Shown: positions 29,764 through 40,109, numbered from the stretch's first letter. The stretch: 64,000 nucleotides of DNA from Candidatus Berkelbacteria bacterium (GCA_029865605.1 JAOUGE010000004.1:2562-66561), one strand, 5' to 3'. Program-made: numbers and translations. Notes: generated by a model not told the origin, from the letters alone.

Positions 29764-30207
29764 ATGGAAAAAATAAAAAAACTACGTGAAAAAACCGGTG
29801 CCGGCGTAATGGATATCAAGAAAGCTCTTGACGAAACCGGCGGCGATGAAAAGAAAGCCGAGAAAGTTCTTAAAGCTAGAGGCGTTGAAATTGTCGAGAA
29901 AAAATCAAGCCGCGCCACATCGCAAGGGCTAATTGATTCTTATGTCCATTTTGGCAAGATCGGGGTTTTAGTTGAGATTAGCTGCGAAACCGATTTTGTC
30001 GCTCGGAATGAGGATTTCAAGAAATTTGTTCACGAGGTTGCTCTTCAGATAGCAGCTTCCGAGGCAAAAACAGTTGAGCAACTATTGAAAGAAGAATATT
30101 TTAAAGAGCCTGGTACAACGATTGAGGATCTTCTTAGGGGCGCAATCGCCAAAATCGGCGAAAATATTAAGATAAAAAGATTTACCAAGTACTCTCTGGG
30201 GGAATAA
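29764..30207 (+). CDS. tsf: Elongation factor Ts (short form)
   Basis: LREKTGAG, CETDFVARN, KIGENI. Confidence 0.95.
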   Translation: MEKIKKLREKTGAGVMDIKKALDETGGDEKKAEKVLKARGVEIVEKKSSRATSQGLIDSYVHFGKIGVLVEISCETDFVARNEDFKKFVHEVALQIAASEAKTVEQLLKEEYFKEPGTTIEDLLRGAIAKIGENIKIKRFTKYSLGE

Positions 30208-30211
30208 GGGT

Positions 30212-30397
30212 CGCTCACCGCTTGACACGAAGATACGCTTGGATTATTAGCGGGTTCCACCCCGCGAAGCCCAGCAGAAAAAGCCCGTTCTTGAGAGAAT
30301 TCTCGCGTTCCACCTGCTCGAAGCGGCTTGCTCGTCCCGCCACAGGCGGAACACCGGCTCGCTTCGCCTGCGAATGATCTTCTTGAGCTGTGCGGTT
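30212..30397. repeat. Palindromic intergenic element, copy B
   Basis: Matches 1518-1680 but has a different central hairpin and an extra insert. Confidence 0.85.
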
Positions 30398-30481
30398 TGC
30401 TTAAGTTCTAATTATTTTTGTCTCCTTTAGCAACTTTGATTTTTCGGCGGGAATCAGCTAAATTAAAAGAGAGGTGAAGAT

Positions 30482-31039
30482 ATGTATCAGCAGGAGATAA
30501 AAACACTAAAACAGAAATTCGATCAGATAGCCGGCCGGCTTAGCGAGGATTTGGCAACGGTTAGGACGGGGCGCGCTTCGACTTCGTTGGTTGAAAATAT
30601 TACTGTCAGTTATTATGGTTCGACTGCACCGCTCAAACAAATGGCGACTCTCTCAACACCTGACCCAAGCCAAATTGTTATTCAGCCTTGGGACAAGAAT
30701 TCTCTGGGTGATATTGAGCTGGCAATTAGAAACTCGGACTTGAATCTATCGCCCGTAAATGACGGCAACGCGGTGAGGGTTGTCCTGCCGCCGATGACCC
30801 AAGAAAGGCGCGATGAATTAATAAGAAATATTCACCGAAAAGGCGAGGAAGCGCGGGTGGCTTTGAGGTCAGTTAGGCAGGATTCCTGGGAGAAAGTAAA
30901 AAAAATGGAGAAGGACAAAAAGATTACTGAAGACGACCGTTATGCTGCAGAAAAAGAATTGAATGAATTGATTGACAGTTACAACCAAAAGGTCGAGGAG
31001 GCGATTGTTAATAAGGAGAAAGAACTAAGAAGTATCTGA
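30482..31039 (+). CDS. frr: Ribosome recycling factor
   Basis: RTGRAS, IQPWDK, PPMTQERR, KKITEDD. Confidence 0.96.
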   Translation: MYQQEIKTLKQKFDQIAGRLSEDLATVRTGRASTSLVENITVSYYGSTAPLKQMATLSTPDPSQIVIQPWDKNSLGDIELAIRNSDLNLSPVNDGNAVRVVLPPMTQERRDELIRNIHRKGEEARVALRSVRQDSWEKVKKMEKDKKITEDDRYAAEKELNELIDSYNQKVEEAIVNKEKELRSI

Positions 31040-31045
31040 CTTATT

Positions 31046-32098
31046 ATGCTCGTTTTAACTATTCTTGCTTTTGTCATTGTCTTAAGCCTTTTAGTTTTTG
31101 TTCATGAATTTGGCCATTTTGTCATGGCGCGGCTTTCCAAAATTAAAGTTGAGGAATTCGCCTTTGGTTTTCCGCCGAGACTCATCTCAATGAAGCGCGG
31201 CGAAACGCGCTATAGTATTAATCTCATCCCTTTCGGCGGTTATGTGAAAATGCTCGGTGAAGATAAGTCAAATCCTTCACCGGATTCTTTCAGCCAGAAG
31301 AAACCGCGAGTACGTTTTTCTGTTATTGTTGCTGGGGTTGTAATGAATATTGTTTTAGCTGGGGTTTTGTTTTCGGCAGGCTATATGATGGGAATGGCGC
31401 CGGTAAGACTCGATCCGAATGCTTTGGGAGGGCAAAAAAGTTTCGAAGTAGTGGTGGCCGAAGTTGTCGGGGGCTCCCCGGCTGCTTCTGCAGGATTAGA
31501 GCGCGGTGATTCTATCTTGGGCTTTGCTTCAAGTGAAGAATTTAGCAAATTTACCCACTCCAACTTGGGCCGTGAAGTATACTTTTCGGTTAAAAAGGAC
31601 GGACGGGTACAGGAGATGACAGTTAAGCTTTCAGATAGTGAATCTACTCCCTTTGGCGTGGGCGTGGTATCTTTACCGATTGTTAAACTCCCATTTTTTA
31701 GTGCTGTATATGCAGGATTTAAGGAAATGCTCTATACAACAGGTTATATTTTCGTAATGCTAAAGGATTTAATCGTTAATTTGTTTAAGGAACATAAAGT
31801 AACAGAGCAAGTCGCGGGACCGGTTGGCATCTTTAATCTGACTGGGCAAGCAGTCAAAATGGGAATAGTTTATCTTATCCAGCTAGCAGCAATCCTTTCT
31901 ATTAATCTCGGTCTCATCAATATCCTTCCCTTTCCGGCTTTGGACGGAGGCAGAGCCGTTGTTGTTCTAGCTGAAGGTATTTTCCGCCGCAGGGTGGTAA
32001 AGGAAGAGATCGAGAATTTCTTTCATACTCTAGGTTTTGTACTTTTGATGGCCCTGATCGTCTTAATTACGTTTAAGGAGTTAAGAGCCTTGTTTTAG
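31046..32098 (+). CDS. rseP: Site-2 (M50) protease RseP
   Basis: HEFGH, GFPP, GGYVKM, NILPFPALDGG. Confidence 0.92.
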   Translation: MLVLTILAFVIVLSLLVFVHEFGHFVMARLSKIKVEEFAFGFPPRLISMKRGETRYSINLIPFGGYVKMLGEDKSNPSPDSFSQKKPRVRFSVIVAGVVMNIVLAGVLFSAGYMMGMAPVRLDPNALGGQKSFEVVVAEVVGGSPAASAGLERGDSILGFASSEEFSKFTHSNLGREVYFSVKKDGRVQEMTVKLSDSESTPFGVGVVSLPIVKLPFFSAVYAGFKEMLYTTGYIFVMLKDLIVNLFKEHKVTEQVAGPVGIFNLTGQAVKMGIVYLIQLAAILSINLGLINILPFPALDGGRAVVVLAEGIFRRRVVKEEIENFFHTLGFVLLMALIVLITFKELRALF

Positions 32099-32145
32099 TC
32101 CCCCCGTTTTTTAAATACTGTATACTAAAGTTAACAGGAGGGCTT

Positions 32146-32955
32146 ATAGATTATCCTCTCATCGTGGGGAACTGGAAAATGAATTGCGCTTTACCCGAAG
32201 CTTTAGTTCTCGCTGGCCGAATTTCAAAGTCAGTTGAAGGGATTAAGCACCTCGAGGTCGTTTTGTGCCCTCCCAGCGTTTATATCTATTCGATTTTTGA
32301 TTATCTTAAGGCGAAACCCTTGAACTTATTTTTTGGCATTCAGAATACAATGTGGGAAGAAGAAGGTGAGTATACGGGAGAAACCTCGCTTCTTTTCGTT
32401 AAGGGTATTTGCCGCTATGTTATTTTGGGACATTCGGAGAGGCGGCACAAGTTTTCCGAGACGGATCAAGAGGTAAACAAAAAAGTGGTTTTTGCCCTTA
32501 AGTATAATTTCTTGCCGATTATTTGTGTTGGCGAAGAGGAAAGATTTCATCTCGAGGATCATTTCAAAACCGAGGTCGAAAGAATGAAGCGCCAAGGAGG
32601 GATTATTTCACAGATCGATAATGCTTTACTCGGCGTTTCTGTCGGAGAATTAAAGAATGTTGTTATCGCTTATGAGCCGGTTTGGGCTATAGGTACTGGT
32701 AACGAAGCGACTGGTGCTTACGCTGCTTCTATCTGCTATATAATAAAATCTTACTTAGCTGAAAAATACGGAGAGGATATTGCTAAAGACATAAAAATCC
32801 TTTACGGTGGTTCTACAAATTCGAGAAATACAAAGGAGTATATGCTCCAGCCTTCAATTGATGGACTTTTAGTTGGGGGTTCCTCTCTGAAAGCGGCAGA
32901 ATTTATCAAAATGTGCCAAACCATATCCGAGGTGAAAAGTGGCCGAGCTATCTAA
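32146..32955 (+). CDS. tpiA: Triosephosphate isomerase
   Basis: GNWKM, GHSERR, AYEPVWAIGTG, YGGS, GLLVGG. Homology extends upstream of GTG 32164 to an ATA at 32146. Confidence 0.93.
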   Translation: MDYPLIVGNWKMNCALPEALVLAGRISKSVEGIKHLEVVLCPPSVYIYSIFDYLKAKPLNLFFGIQNTMWEEEGEYTGETSLLFVKGICRYVILGHSERRHKFSETDQEVNKKVVFALKYNFLPIICVGEEERFHLEDHFKTEVERMKRQGGIISQIDNALLGVSVGELKNVVIAYEPVWAIGTGNEATGAYAASICYIIKSYLAEKYGEDIAKDIKILYGGSTNSRNTKEYMLQPSIDGLLVGGSSLKAAEFIKMCQTISEVKSGRAI

Positions 32956-34063
32956 AAGGATTGTAAGAGTCCCCCCGCACCGCCAAATTTCCAAAGCTGA
33001 CTTTCGCTTAAAGCGTGTTCTAATCAGGTTTGATCTAAATGTTCCGGTTGAAAAAGGCGAGGTTCAGGATGAAAAAAGGATAGAAGCGGCAATGCCCACT
33101 CTTAAGAAGGTTATGGAGAGAGGGGCAAAGGAGATTATCGTCATCAGCCACCTGGGGAGGCCGGAGGGTAAAAGACGGGATGAATTTTCACTTAGACCGG
33201 TCGCTCAAATAATCGCTAAAAGGTTGAGATCAAGAGTCAAACCAAAGAAAATTGAAACCGAAATAGATAGCCCGGCGCTAAAAGAATATTTTGAATTAAC
33301 CCCTCGAGTGAAATTATTTGAGAACCTGCGTTTTGATCCGGGTGAGGAAAGTAATTCTGCCTCTTTTGCAAAAAAATTGGCCTCTCTGGCTGATATTTTT
33401 GTTCAAGATGCTTTTGCTAATATTCACCGCGAGCATACTTCGATGGTTGGGCTGCCGGAATTGCTCCCGACCTATGCGGGTTTATTGCTAGAAAAAGAAG
33501 TTTATCATCTGATGAAGATCTTGAACAATCCCGACCGGCCTTTTGTTACGCTAATTGGCGGAGCGAAAGTAGCTGATAAATTGCCGATAATAGAAGCTTT
33601 TTCGAAGATTGCCGAGGCAGTTCTGGTAGCGGGCAAAACAGCTAATGAGTATATTCTTGAGGGGCATCCGAGAACGGGGGATATTTACCTGCCGACAGAT
33701 GGGATAAGTAAGCTCGGATCAATTGTGCCGATCAATGAACAGACCTTAAAGTCTGGCATTTTTGATGTTGGACCTCAAACAATAATGCTTTATAAAAGCA
33801 TTCTGGCTTCGGCGAAGACTATTTTCTGGAACGGAAATCTTGGGATGACTGAGAACAAGCGCTTTATCCACGGAACGTATGAGATTGCCCGTTTTATCGG
33901 CAAGCTTAAGGCTCATAAGGTCGCTTCCGGTGGGAACACAGATGAGGTAATCTCTGCGCTTAATCTTACTGATCAATATAGTTTTGTTTCAACCGGTGGC
34001 GGAGCAACGAGCGATTTTATCGCCGGCAAGAAATTACTTGCCCTCGAGTTGTTGCTTAGATGA
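32939..34063 (+). CDS. pgk: Phosphoglycerate kinase
   Basis: RFDLNVP, SHLGRP, ENLRF, GGAKVADK, VSTGGGA. Confidence 0.94.
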   Translation: MAELSKRIVRVPPHRQISKADFRLKRVLIRFDLNVPVEKGEVQDEKRIEAAMPTLKKVMERGAKEIIVISHLGRPEGKRRDEFSLRPVAQIIAKRLRSRVKPKKIETEIDSPALKEYFELTPRVKLFENLRFDPGEESNSASFAKKLASLADIFVQDAFANIHREHTSMVGLPELLPTYAGLLLEKEVYHLMKILNNPDRPFVTLIGGAKVADKLPIIEAFSKIAEAVLVAGKTANEYILEGHPRTGDIYLPTDGISKLGSIVPINEQTLKSGIFDVGPQTIMLYKSILASAKTIFWNGNLGMTENKRFIHGTYEIARFIGKLKAHKVASGGNTDEVISALNLTDQYSFVSTGGGATSDFIAGKKLLALELLLR

Positions 34064-34077
34064 ATTAAGGGGCGGAT

Positions 34078-34911
34078 ATGAAACTACAGGAATTGGTTGA
34101 AAAAGCTTATAAAGAGCGTTTTAGCGTTGCTGGCTTTAATGTTTATAATTTAGAGTCGGCTAAGGCGGCCGCTCGGGCAGCCGATGTGACCGGGAAGCCG
34201 GCTCTTTTAATGACAACAGAAAATGCTCTCGAATATGCTGGCTTTGGGCAGCTGGTGGCGATTGTTTTGAGGATTAAAAAGGATGCAAAAACCCCAATAT
34301 TTTTGCATTATGATCATGGAACAAGCGTGGATCTTTTGAAATTAGCGATGAAGAGCAGTTACGATTCGGTAATGTTTGACGGATCGAAGCTGCCGATTGA
34401 CCAAAACATTATGCTCTCGAAAGAGCTTCGCAAATTGGCCCATTCTAAAGGAGTGGTTTTTGAAGCGGAAATTGGCCGGGTCGGCGGCGAGGAAGAAAAT
34501 ATTAGATCGGAGGAATTTAAGACTAATCCTCCCGAAGCTTTGAGGTTCTACAACGAAGTAAAGCCCGATATGCTAGCGGTAGCAATTGGCAATATCCACG
34601 GGCGAGAAACCTCAGCCGAACATCTCGACTTTTCTCTTCTTGCTAAAATTCAGGATTTGGTTAAGTGCCCCCTGGTTTTACATGGTTGCTCGAACAGAAA
34701 TCCGCGCGAATACCAAGTAGCGGTTTCTCAAGGAGTAGTCAAAATTAATATCGATACAGAGCTTAGAGAAGCTTTCGTCGATGGGTTAAAAAGAGCATTG
34801 CATAAAAAGGAAACAAACCCGCGCAAAATTTTAAGTTATGCTTCAGATGAAGTGACGAAGTGCGCCAAAGAAAAAATCGAGATTTTTTCGTGTTCCAAGT
34901 TGCATTGCTAA
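34078..34911 (+). CDS. fba: Class II fructose-bisphosphate aldolase
   Basis: HYDH, SVMFDGS, EAEIG, AIGNIHG, LVLHG, KINIDTE. Confidence 0.93.
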   Translation: MKLQELVEKAYKERFSVAGFNVYNLESAKAAARAADVTGKPALLMTTENALEYAGFGQLVAIVLRIKKDAKTPIFLHYDHGTSVDLLKLAMKSSYDSVMFDGSKLPIDQNIMLSKELRKLAHSKGVVFEAEIGRVGGEEENIRSEEFKTNPPEALRFYNEVKPDMLAVAIGNIHGRETSAEHLDFSLLAKIQDLVKCPLVLHGCSNRNPREYQVAVSQGVVKINIDTELREAFVDGLKRALHKKETNPRKILSYASDEVTKCAKEKIEIFSCSKLHC

Positions 34912-34914
34912 GTA

Positions 34915-34943
34915 TTGATTGTAAAAGATCTTTTTTGTATACT
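34915..34943 (+). promoter_or_regulatory. Sigma70 promoter of GC-rich orphan
   Basis: TTGATT-17 nt-TATACT. Confidence 0.65.
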
Positions 34944-34990
34944 ATGCTCGGATGCGCCTTGGCGGGACACCCCTTCCACCCTGAAAGGGG

Positions 34991-35392
34991 GTGGTTGCCG
35001 TGGGCAGTCGAGCTTTTGTCTATGCCTGGATGGAGGTAGATGGTGGGCAAGGCGATCCCCGCCGGCTCTCGCGCGAGGCCTTGATCGGCAAGATCGAGGC
35101 GGGCGAGAAAGGCTGGGCAGTAGTGTCGTACTTTCTGCCCGGCGGGGACGAGCTGCGGGCCACTTTGAGTCTGACCATCGCTCGATCGGATGACGCAGGC
35201 GTTGGGCTTGTCCGAATTGCGCCGGGCGACACCGCGCAGTTCCCGATTGGGAGGGTTATTGTCCCGCGAGATTCACTCGAGCTGTTTGTTGGTCTCGCCG
35301 AGGCAGAGCTTGCCAAGGCGTGCCAAACCGTCGAAGGGAGGACGTTGCCAAGTGAAGAGGAGCTCGCCCCTGTGGGGGCAGATGCAGCCTAG
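34991..35392 (+). CDS. GC-rich orphan protein (~130 aa)
   Basis: Own promoter and purine-rich SD; enclosed by a 14-bp inverted repeat (34953-34966 / 35405-35418). Start codon uncertain. Confidence 0.6.
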   Translation: MVAVGSRAFVYAWMEVDGGQGDPRRLSREALIGKIEAGEKGWAVVSYFLPGGDELRATLSLTIARSDDAGVGLVRIAPGDTAQFPIGRVIVPRDSLELFVGLAEAELAKACQTVEGRTLPSEEELAPVGADAA

Positions 35393-35682
35393 TGCGCGAC
35401 GTACCCCGCCAAGGCGCAGCACTCATCCATTCCGTGGCTCCGGCCGTCCATTGCAGGACATTAGCCGGAGCCACATCTCGTTTATTGTGCACCAGGTAGT
35501 GAAAATTTGATATTTTTTCGCTGTGAAATAATTTTTAGCAACCCAAAAAAGCTAGTTCGCAAATCCTATTTTTATTTCTCGGTCAGCTTTGAAAAAAATG
35601 ATATTTCATTTATCAAATTTCTACTACCTGGGAACTTGATAAAAATCCCTCTTTTGCTATACTCTCCAGAGTTGGAGTAAAT

Positions 35683-36879
35683 ATGCCATCTCAAAAAAAA
35701 GAACTGTCAAAAAACAGGATAAAGCTTAGCATCACTGTCCCGCCTCAGGTAATGAGCGATTTTTTTGAAAAGGAATACGGGCGGCTTGCCCCGACCGTTT
35801 CGCTTTCTGGCTTTAGGCCGGGTAAGGCGCCGCGGGTGATGACAATCGAAGCGATCGGCCATAATCGTCTCTCTCAAGGCGCGGTCACAGCCGCAATTGA
35901 TCGGTCCTATCGCGAGGCTCTTTTGGAGCATAAAACCTATCCCGTCACTCAGCCCTCAATATCTATATCGAAGCATCCTTCCTTTGATCTTAAATCTGGC
36001 GATAATGAGCTGGCCTACGAAGTTGAATTTGATATTTTGCCCGAGGCGAAGATCGGAAATTATAAGAAGATTAAAGTACCAAAAATCGATGCCGAAAAGC
36101 TGAAGGTTACACAGGATGAGGTTGAACAGGTCGTTAAATATCTTTTGCGTCAGCAGGCAAAACTCACCGATTTAGATCGCCCAGCGAAAAAAGGGGACTG
36201 GGCTCAAGTTAATTTCAAAGGTTATCTGAAGGGTGTTTATAAAGAGAAGCTCTCAAGTCCAAGCCTGCCTCTTGTTTTGGGCGAAACCAAAGTGATTCCC
36301 GGTTTCGAGGATCAGATTGTCGGTATGAAAAAAGATGAGAACAAAAAATTCACTTTAGCTTTCCCAAAGGATTTTCAGGATAAGGAATTTGCTTCAAAGT
36401 CAGTCGATTTTGAATTGCATCTTGAGCAATTAAAGGAAATTGGATTGCCGGAAGCTGATAAGGAATTTGCTAAAAAGTTTGGTCACGATAATCTTGAAAA
36501 AATGAAGAGAGCCATTAGAGAGGGTCTGGAAAAAGAAAAATTGGACCGCGAAAAGCAGACTCAAAGAGCAGCCATCTCAGGACAGATTATAAAGATGACC
36601 AATGTTAGCATCCCCAAATCCCTAATTGATAATGAAGCCGCCCGCCTAAAATCTCTTTTAGAGCAGGATCTAACTAAACAGGGGCTTTCGGTTGAAAAAT
36701 ATTTGGAAAGAACCAAAATGGATCAGAAGCGTTTTGATCGAGATCTTGAAGAGCAGGCGAAGCGTAATATTACCTTAGGCGTCGGCTTGGGTGAGGTTGG
36801 CAAAAAAGAGGGAATGAACCTGGCGCATGACTCGGCGGAAAAGGTATATGAGAGAATAATCGAACTTTGTACTAGATAG
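35683..36879 (+). CDS. tig: Trigger factor
   Basis: GFRPGKAP, FKBP domain IPGFEDQIVGM; precedes clpP. Confidence 0.93.
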   Translation: MPSQKKELSKNRIKLSITVPPQVMSDFFEKEYGRLAPTVSLSGFRPGKAPRVMTIEAIGHNRLSQGAVTAAIDRSYREALLEHKTYPVTQPSISISKHPSFDLKSGDNELAYEVEFDILPEAKIGNYKKIKVPKIDAEKLKVTQDEVEQVVKYLLRQQAKLTDLDRPAKKGDWAQVNFKGYLKGVYKEKLSSPSLPLVLGETKVIPGFEDQIVGMKKDENKKFTLAFPKDFQDKEFASKSVDFELHLEQLKEIGLPEADKEFAKKFGHDNLEKMKRAIREGLEKEKLDREKQTQRAAISGQIIKMTNVSIPKSLIDNEAARLKSLLEQDLTKQGLSVEKYLERTKMDQKRFDRDLEEQAKRNITLGVGLGEVGKKEGMNLAHDSAEKVYERIIELCTR

Positions 36880-36937
36880 TGTAAAGAGTTCTTGACATTT
36901 AACCTGAAAATTGCTTTAATTTTTCTAAGGAGTTAAT

Positions 36938-37519
36938 ATGTCATATTTGATCCCAACTGTTATCGAGAAGTCACAATTTGGTGAACGCGCTTACGATATT
37001 TACTCAAGGCTTTTAAAAGACAGAATTGTTTTTTTGGGCGGAGCGATTGATGACGATGTGGCTAATATTGTTATTGCCCAGCTTCTATTTTTACAATCTG
37101 AATCCGATAAAGAAGATATAAAGCTCTATGTTAATTCGCCCGGCGGAACGGTAACGGCCGCTTTAGCGATTTATGATACGATGCAGCATGTCAAACCTGA
37201 TGTTTCGACTGTTTGCGTTGGACAGGCGGCTTCTGGCGCGGCGCTTCTTTTAGCCGGAGGCAAAAAGAGCAAGCGATTTGCTTTGCCTCACGCAAGAGTT
37301 ATGATTCACCAACCCTTGGGGGGAGTTGAGGGCCAAGCCACCGATATAAAAATTCACGCTGAGGAAATATTAAAAACCAAGGATCGCCTGAATGAACTTT
37401 TGTCTAAAGCGACTGGCAAAGGAAAAAAGCAAATTGAGCAAGATACCGAGCGCGACAGGTTTTTGACGGCTGAAGAAGCCAAAGCCTACGGAATTGTAGA
37501 TAAAGTGATTTCGAAATGA
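36938..37519 (+). CDS. clpP: ATP-dependent Clp protease proteolytic subunit
   Basis: [25 protein letters not shown]. Confidence 0.97.
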   Translation: MSYLIPTVIEKSQFGERAYDIYSRLLKDRIVFLGGAIDDDVANIVIAQLLFLQSESDKEDIKLYVNSPGGTVTAALAIYDTMQHVKPDVSTVCVGQAASGAALLLAGGKKSKRFALPHARVMIHQPLGGVEGQATDIKIHAEEILKTKDRLNELLSKATGKGKKQIEQDTERDRFLTAEEAKAYGIVDKVISK

Positions 37520-38484
37520 CTACCCAACAAATCTTCGATCTAGCTATTCAAGTTGGCATAAAAAACGATCCCCGCGGCAAAGCGGAGGTTGCTCGGGTTT
37601 TGAAGAAAAATCGCCGGGATTTTCGGGAGTTATCGAAGAAGAAGCAGGCCGAATATGATAAAGAGAAATTTGTCAACCCTTATTCTGACTCGAGATTTTT
37701 ATCTGGTGACAAAAACAAGAAGGTGAAGAGAGTTTTGGTTGGGATTGACATTGATTCGGCGGAGGTAATTTTAGCTAAGGAACTGGAGCGATCCGGTAAA
37801 CCGATCGACTTGATAATTGCTCACCACCCTGAAGGCGCGGCGCTGGCTGATTTGCACGAAGTTATGGATATCCAGACAGCCGTTTTGGCTCGCGCCGGCG
37901 TGCCGGAAAATATCGGCGAGGGGGTTCTGAAAGAGCGACTTGAACAGGTTTGGCGCTCAATCTCTTCCGCTAATCACTATCAAGCAGTTGATGTGGCAAA
38001 GATTTTGGGTATCCCGATGATTAATGTCCATACCCCGGCCGACAACTGTGTTTGGAAATTTGTTGATGATTATATTTCAAAAAAGAAGCCAAAAACCCTG
38101 GGCGAAATTATTGATATTCTTAAAGAAATCCCGGAGTACAAAAAAGCAACTGAACTTCATGCCGGACCGGGAATTTTTGCAGGGAGCGAAAAATCACGCG
38201 CTGGTAAGATTGTTGTTACCGGTATGACCGGCGGTACCTCTGGAAGCGAAAAGATTTATGAAAGAATGAGCCACTATGGCATCGGCACGGAAATCGCGAT
38301 GCATATTCGCGAGGAAGACCGCGATGAGGCGATTAAGCACTACATCAATGTTGTCATCGCCGGCCATATTGCTTCCGATTCATTAGGTTTGAATATTTTT
38401 GTGGACGAGCTGGAAAAGAAGGGAGTTGAAATTGTTCCATGCTCGGGATACATTAGATACTCGCGCACAAAGGCGCGTTCGTAA
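37516..38484 (+). CDS. NIF3 (NGG1p-interacting factor)-like metal-binding protein
   Basis: [29 protein letters not shown]. Confidence 0.8.
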   Translation: MTTQQIFDLAIQVGIKNDPRGKAEVARVLKKNRRDFRELSKKKQAEYDKEKFVNPYSDSRFLSGDKNKKVKRVLVGIDIDSAEVILAKELERSGKPIDLIIAHHPEGAALADLHEVMDIQTAVLARAGVPENIGEGVLKERLEQVWRSISSANHYQAVDVAKILGIPMINVHTPADNCVWKFVDDYISKKKPKTLGEIIDILKEIPEYKKATELHAGPGIFAGSEKSRAGKIVVTGMTGGTSGSEKIYERMSHYGIGTEIAMHIREEDRDEAIKHYINVVIAGHIASDSLGLNIFVDELEKKGVEIVPCSGYIRYSRTKARS

Positions 38485-38520
38485 TTTCTAAAAGCACTTT
38501 GGACTAAATAAATGGAGAAA

Positions 38521-38547
38521 GGGCGGTCGCGTTTGACGCGACCGCCC
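38521..38547. terminator. GC-rich hairpin between convergent genes
   Basis: GGGCGGTCGCGT-TTG-ACGCGACCGCCC. Confidence 0.65.
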
Positions 38548-38610
38548 GGGTTTGTTGTGGGCGGGCAAGCCGCCCACGGACCGCCCATAGCAGGGCAAGG
38601 ACTTCACCTC

Positions 38611-39345
38611 CTACAAGCTAAACGGGTGGATGATGGGCAGAGACTCACCAACGAGAGAGTACATCCTGTCCTTGACCAGCGGGGCATTCTGCTCCGACTG
38701 GATGAGGATAGCATTGGGGAAAAGTTCGCTGAGGGCTTTCCCTTCGTAGGCGTACTGGACGACCTTGCTCTGCGCGTGTTTTCTGGGATCTTGGCGAATA
38801 AGGCGGGTCAACCTGATCGCACTCTGCCGATACTCGCGGGCAAGACGTTCTGTCTCTGCGAGGCGTGAAGCGTGCGCAGCGAAGCTCTCGAAATCGATTG
38901 CTGAGCGCGCCTCGAGATCCGACCAGAGGACAGACTGCCAGTTGGCAGGTAACTCCTTTTGCCCATCTGCTATCATCATTCGCCAGAGTTCGGTAACTTC
39001 TTCCTGGTCTGTCTGCCAACCCCAGCTTCGAAGCGGCTCGAGATCCGGGACGATGATTGTGAGCCGAACCGGGATGACCCGTTCGATCTGTCCGAGCAAC
39101 TTCTTGGCCTGTCCTCCAAAGCGTTCGACAAAAACTGTCTTTCCGAGATCGAGTTCGACCTCTTCTCTATCCCTTGCAGCTTTGGGGCAGGAAAAGGTTA
39201 TGAACTCGATCTGAGATTTGCCTAGTGCTTGGCAGAGTCTGCTAAGACCGACTATCTCACCAACTTCGTGAGCTTCGATGATATCAAAAGCAGCGCGGGC
39301 TGTTGCTGAGAGCGCCTTAAGCGCTTTTCTCTCTTTGTTTCGCAC
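38611..39345 (-). CDS. Orphan 244-aa protein
   Basis: SD AAGGGGTG before GTG; globular composition; hairpins at both ends. Confidence 0.7.
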   Translation of the reverse strand: MRNKERKALKALSATARAAFDIIEAHEVGEIVGLSRLCQALGKSQIEFITFSCPKAARDREEVELDLGKTVFVERFGGQAKKLLGQIERVIPVRLTIIVPDLEPLRSWGWQTDQEEVTELWRMMIADGQKELPANWQSVLWSDLEARSAIDFESFAAHASRLAETERLAREYRQSAIRLTRLIRQDPRKHAQSKVVQYAYEGKALSELFPNAILIQSEQNAPLVKDRMYSLVGESLPIIHPFSL

Positions 39346-39408
39346 AAAATCACCCCTTTCTCTTCCCGTGTCCGGGAAGAGGCTAGGCTAAATAATTAGA
39401 GATCAAAT

Positions 39409-39738
39409 TTAACGCAGGGCTCTTCCCGAGGAAGATTTTGTCCTGCGGTGATGACAAGCCATTCTTTCTAAAATCAATTTATAGCCGTTCATGCCGCGAT
39501 TGAGCCATTTTGAGACGCGGGCGACGGTCGTTGAGGATAGGCCCGTTTCCTTCTCAATTTGAGAGTAGGGGATCCTGTCGTTAAGCATCTGTGCTGCCTG
39601 CCAACGTTTTGAAAATTCAATTATTTCCTCTTCCGTTAGGAGGTCGCGGAAAAATTTTTTTGCCTCATTCAAAGTCTGCAGTTTCAAAACTGCTTTGAAG
39701 AGCCCTCTCGATTTTTGATTATCCCAATTCTTTTTCAT
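39409..39738 (-). CDS. YerC/YecD (TrpR-like, HisR-type) regulator
   Basis: FFRDLLT..E...RW.AA.ML, Y..I...TGLSSTTVARVSKWL..G..GY. Confidence 0.9.
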   Translation of the reverse strand: MKKNWDNQKSRGLFKAVLKLQTLNEAKKFFRDLLTEEEIIEFSKRWQAAQMLNDRIPYSQIEKETGLSSTTVARVSKWLNRGMNGYKLILERMACHHRRTKSSSGRALR

Positions 39739-39775
39739 TGTTTACCCAACTAAAGTGCTTTACTATACTAAAGTA
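39738..39775. promoter_or_regulatory. Putative autoregulatory operator(s), CTTTA-N6-TAAAG
   Basis: TGCTTTACTATACTAAAGTA (39756-39775) plus a weaker adjacent copy; resembles the HisR box. Confidence 0.6.
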
Positions 39776-39902
39776 TCATTCCATAGGGATTCTGTCAATC
39801 CCTCATTTTTTTCTCTCTAAAAGATTTCGAATCGAAAATTCACAGTGAGATTTACAGGCTTGAAAGAATGTACTACAATCTTTCTAGTCCCTGAGGGAGG
39901 TG

Positions 39903-40109
39903 ATGCGAGCTGTGGCGTGCAAGTACCTTCGTGATCCCGGGAAGAGTAAGATCTACACCTGTGTTGTCTGTGGTTCGGTGGTCGTGGAGCCGGGCCGTAA
40001 CTGCGGCCCGGGTCTATGTCTAGACTACGAGGACGAGGCCAAGCTGCGTGGCGGTTGCCGCCCAAAAGAAGAATCCCCGAAGGGGGACAGGGACGAACCT
40101 AGGGGTTAG
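39903..40109 (+). CDS. 68-aa Cys-containing orphan
   Basis: Promoter TTTACA-17-TACAAT (39851-39879), SD GGAGGTG, CxxC plus four other Cys. Confidence 0.65.
   Translation: MRAVACKYLRDPGKSKIYTCVVCGSVVVEPGRNCGPGLCLDYEDEAKLRGGCRPKEESPKGDRDEPRG

Noticed and set aside
38512-39225. Alternative ORFs over the 244-aa orphan
   Set aside because: Shadow frames in GC-rich sequence.
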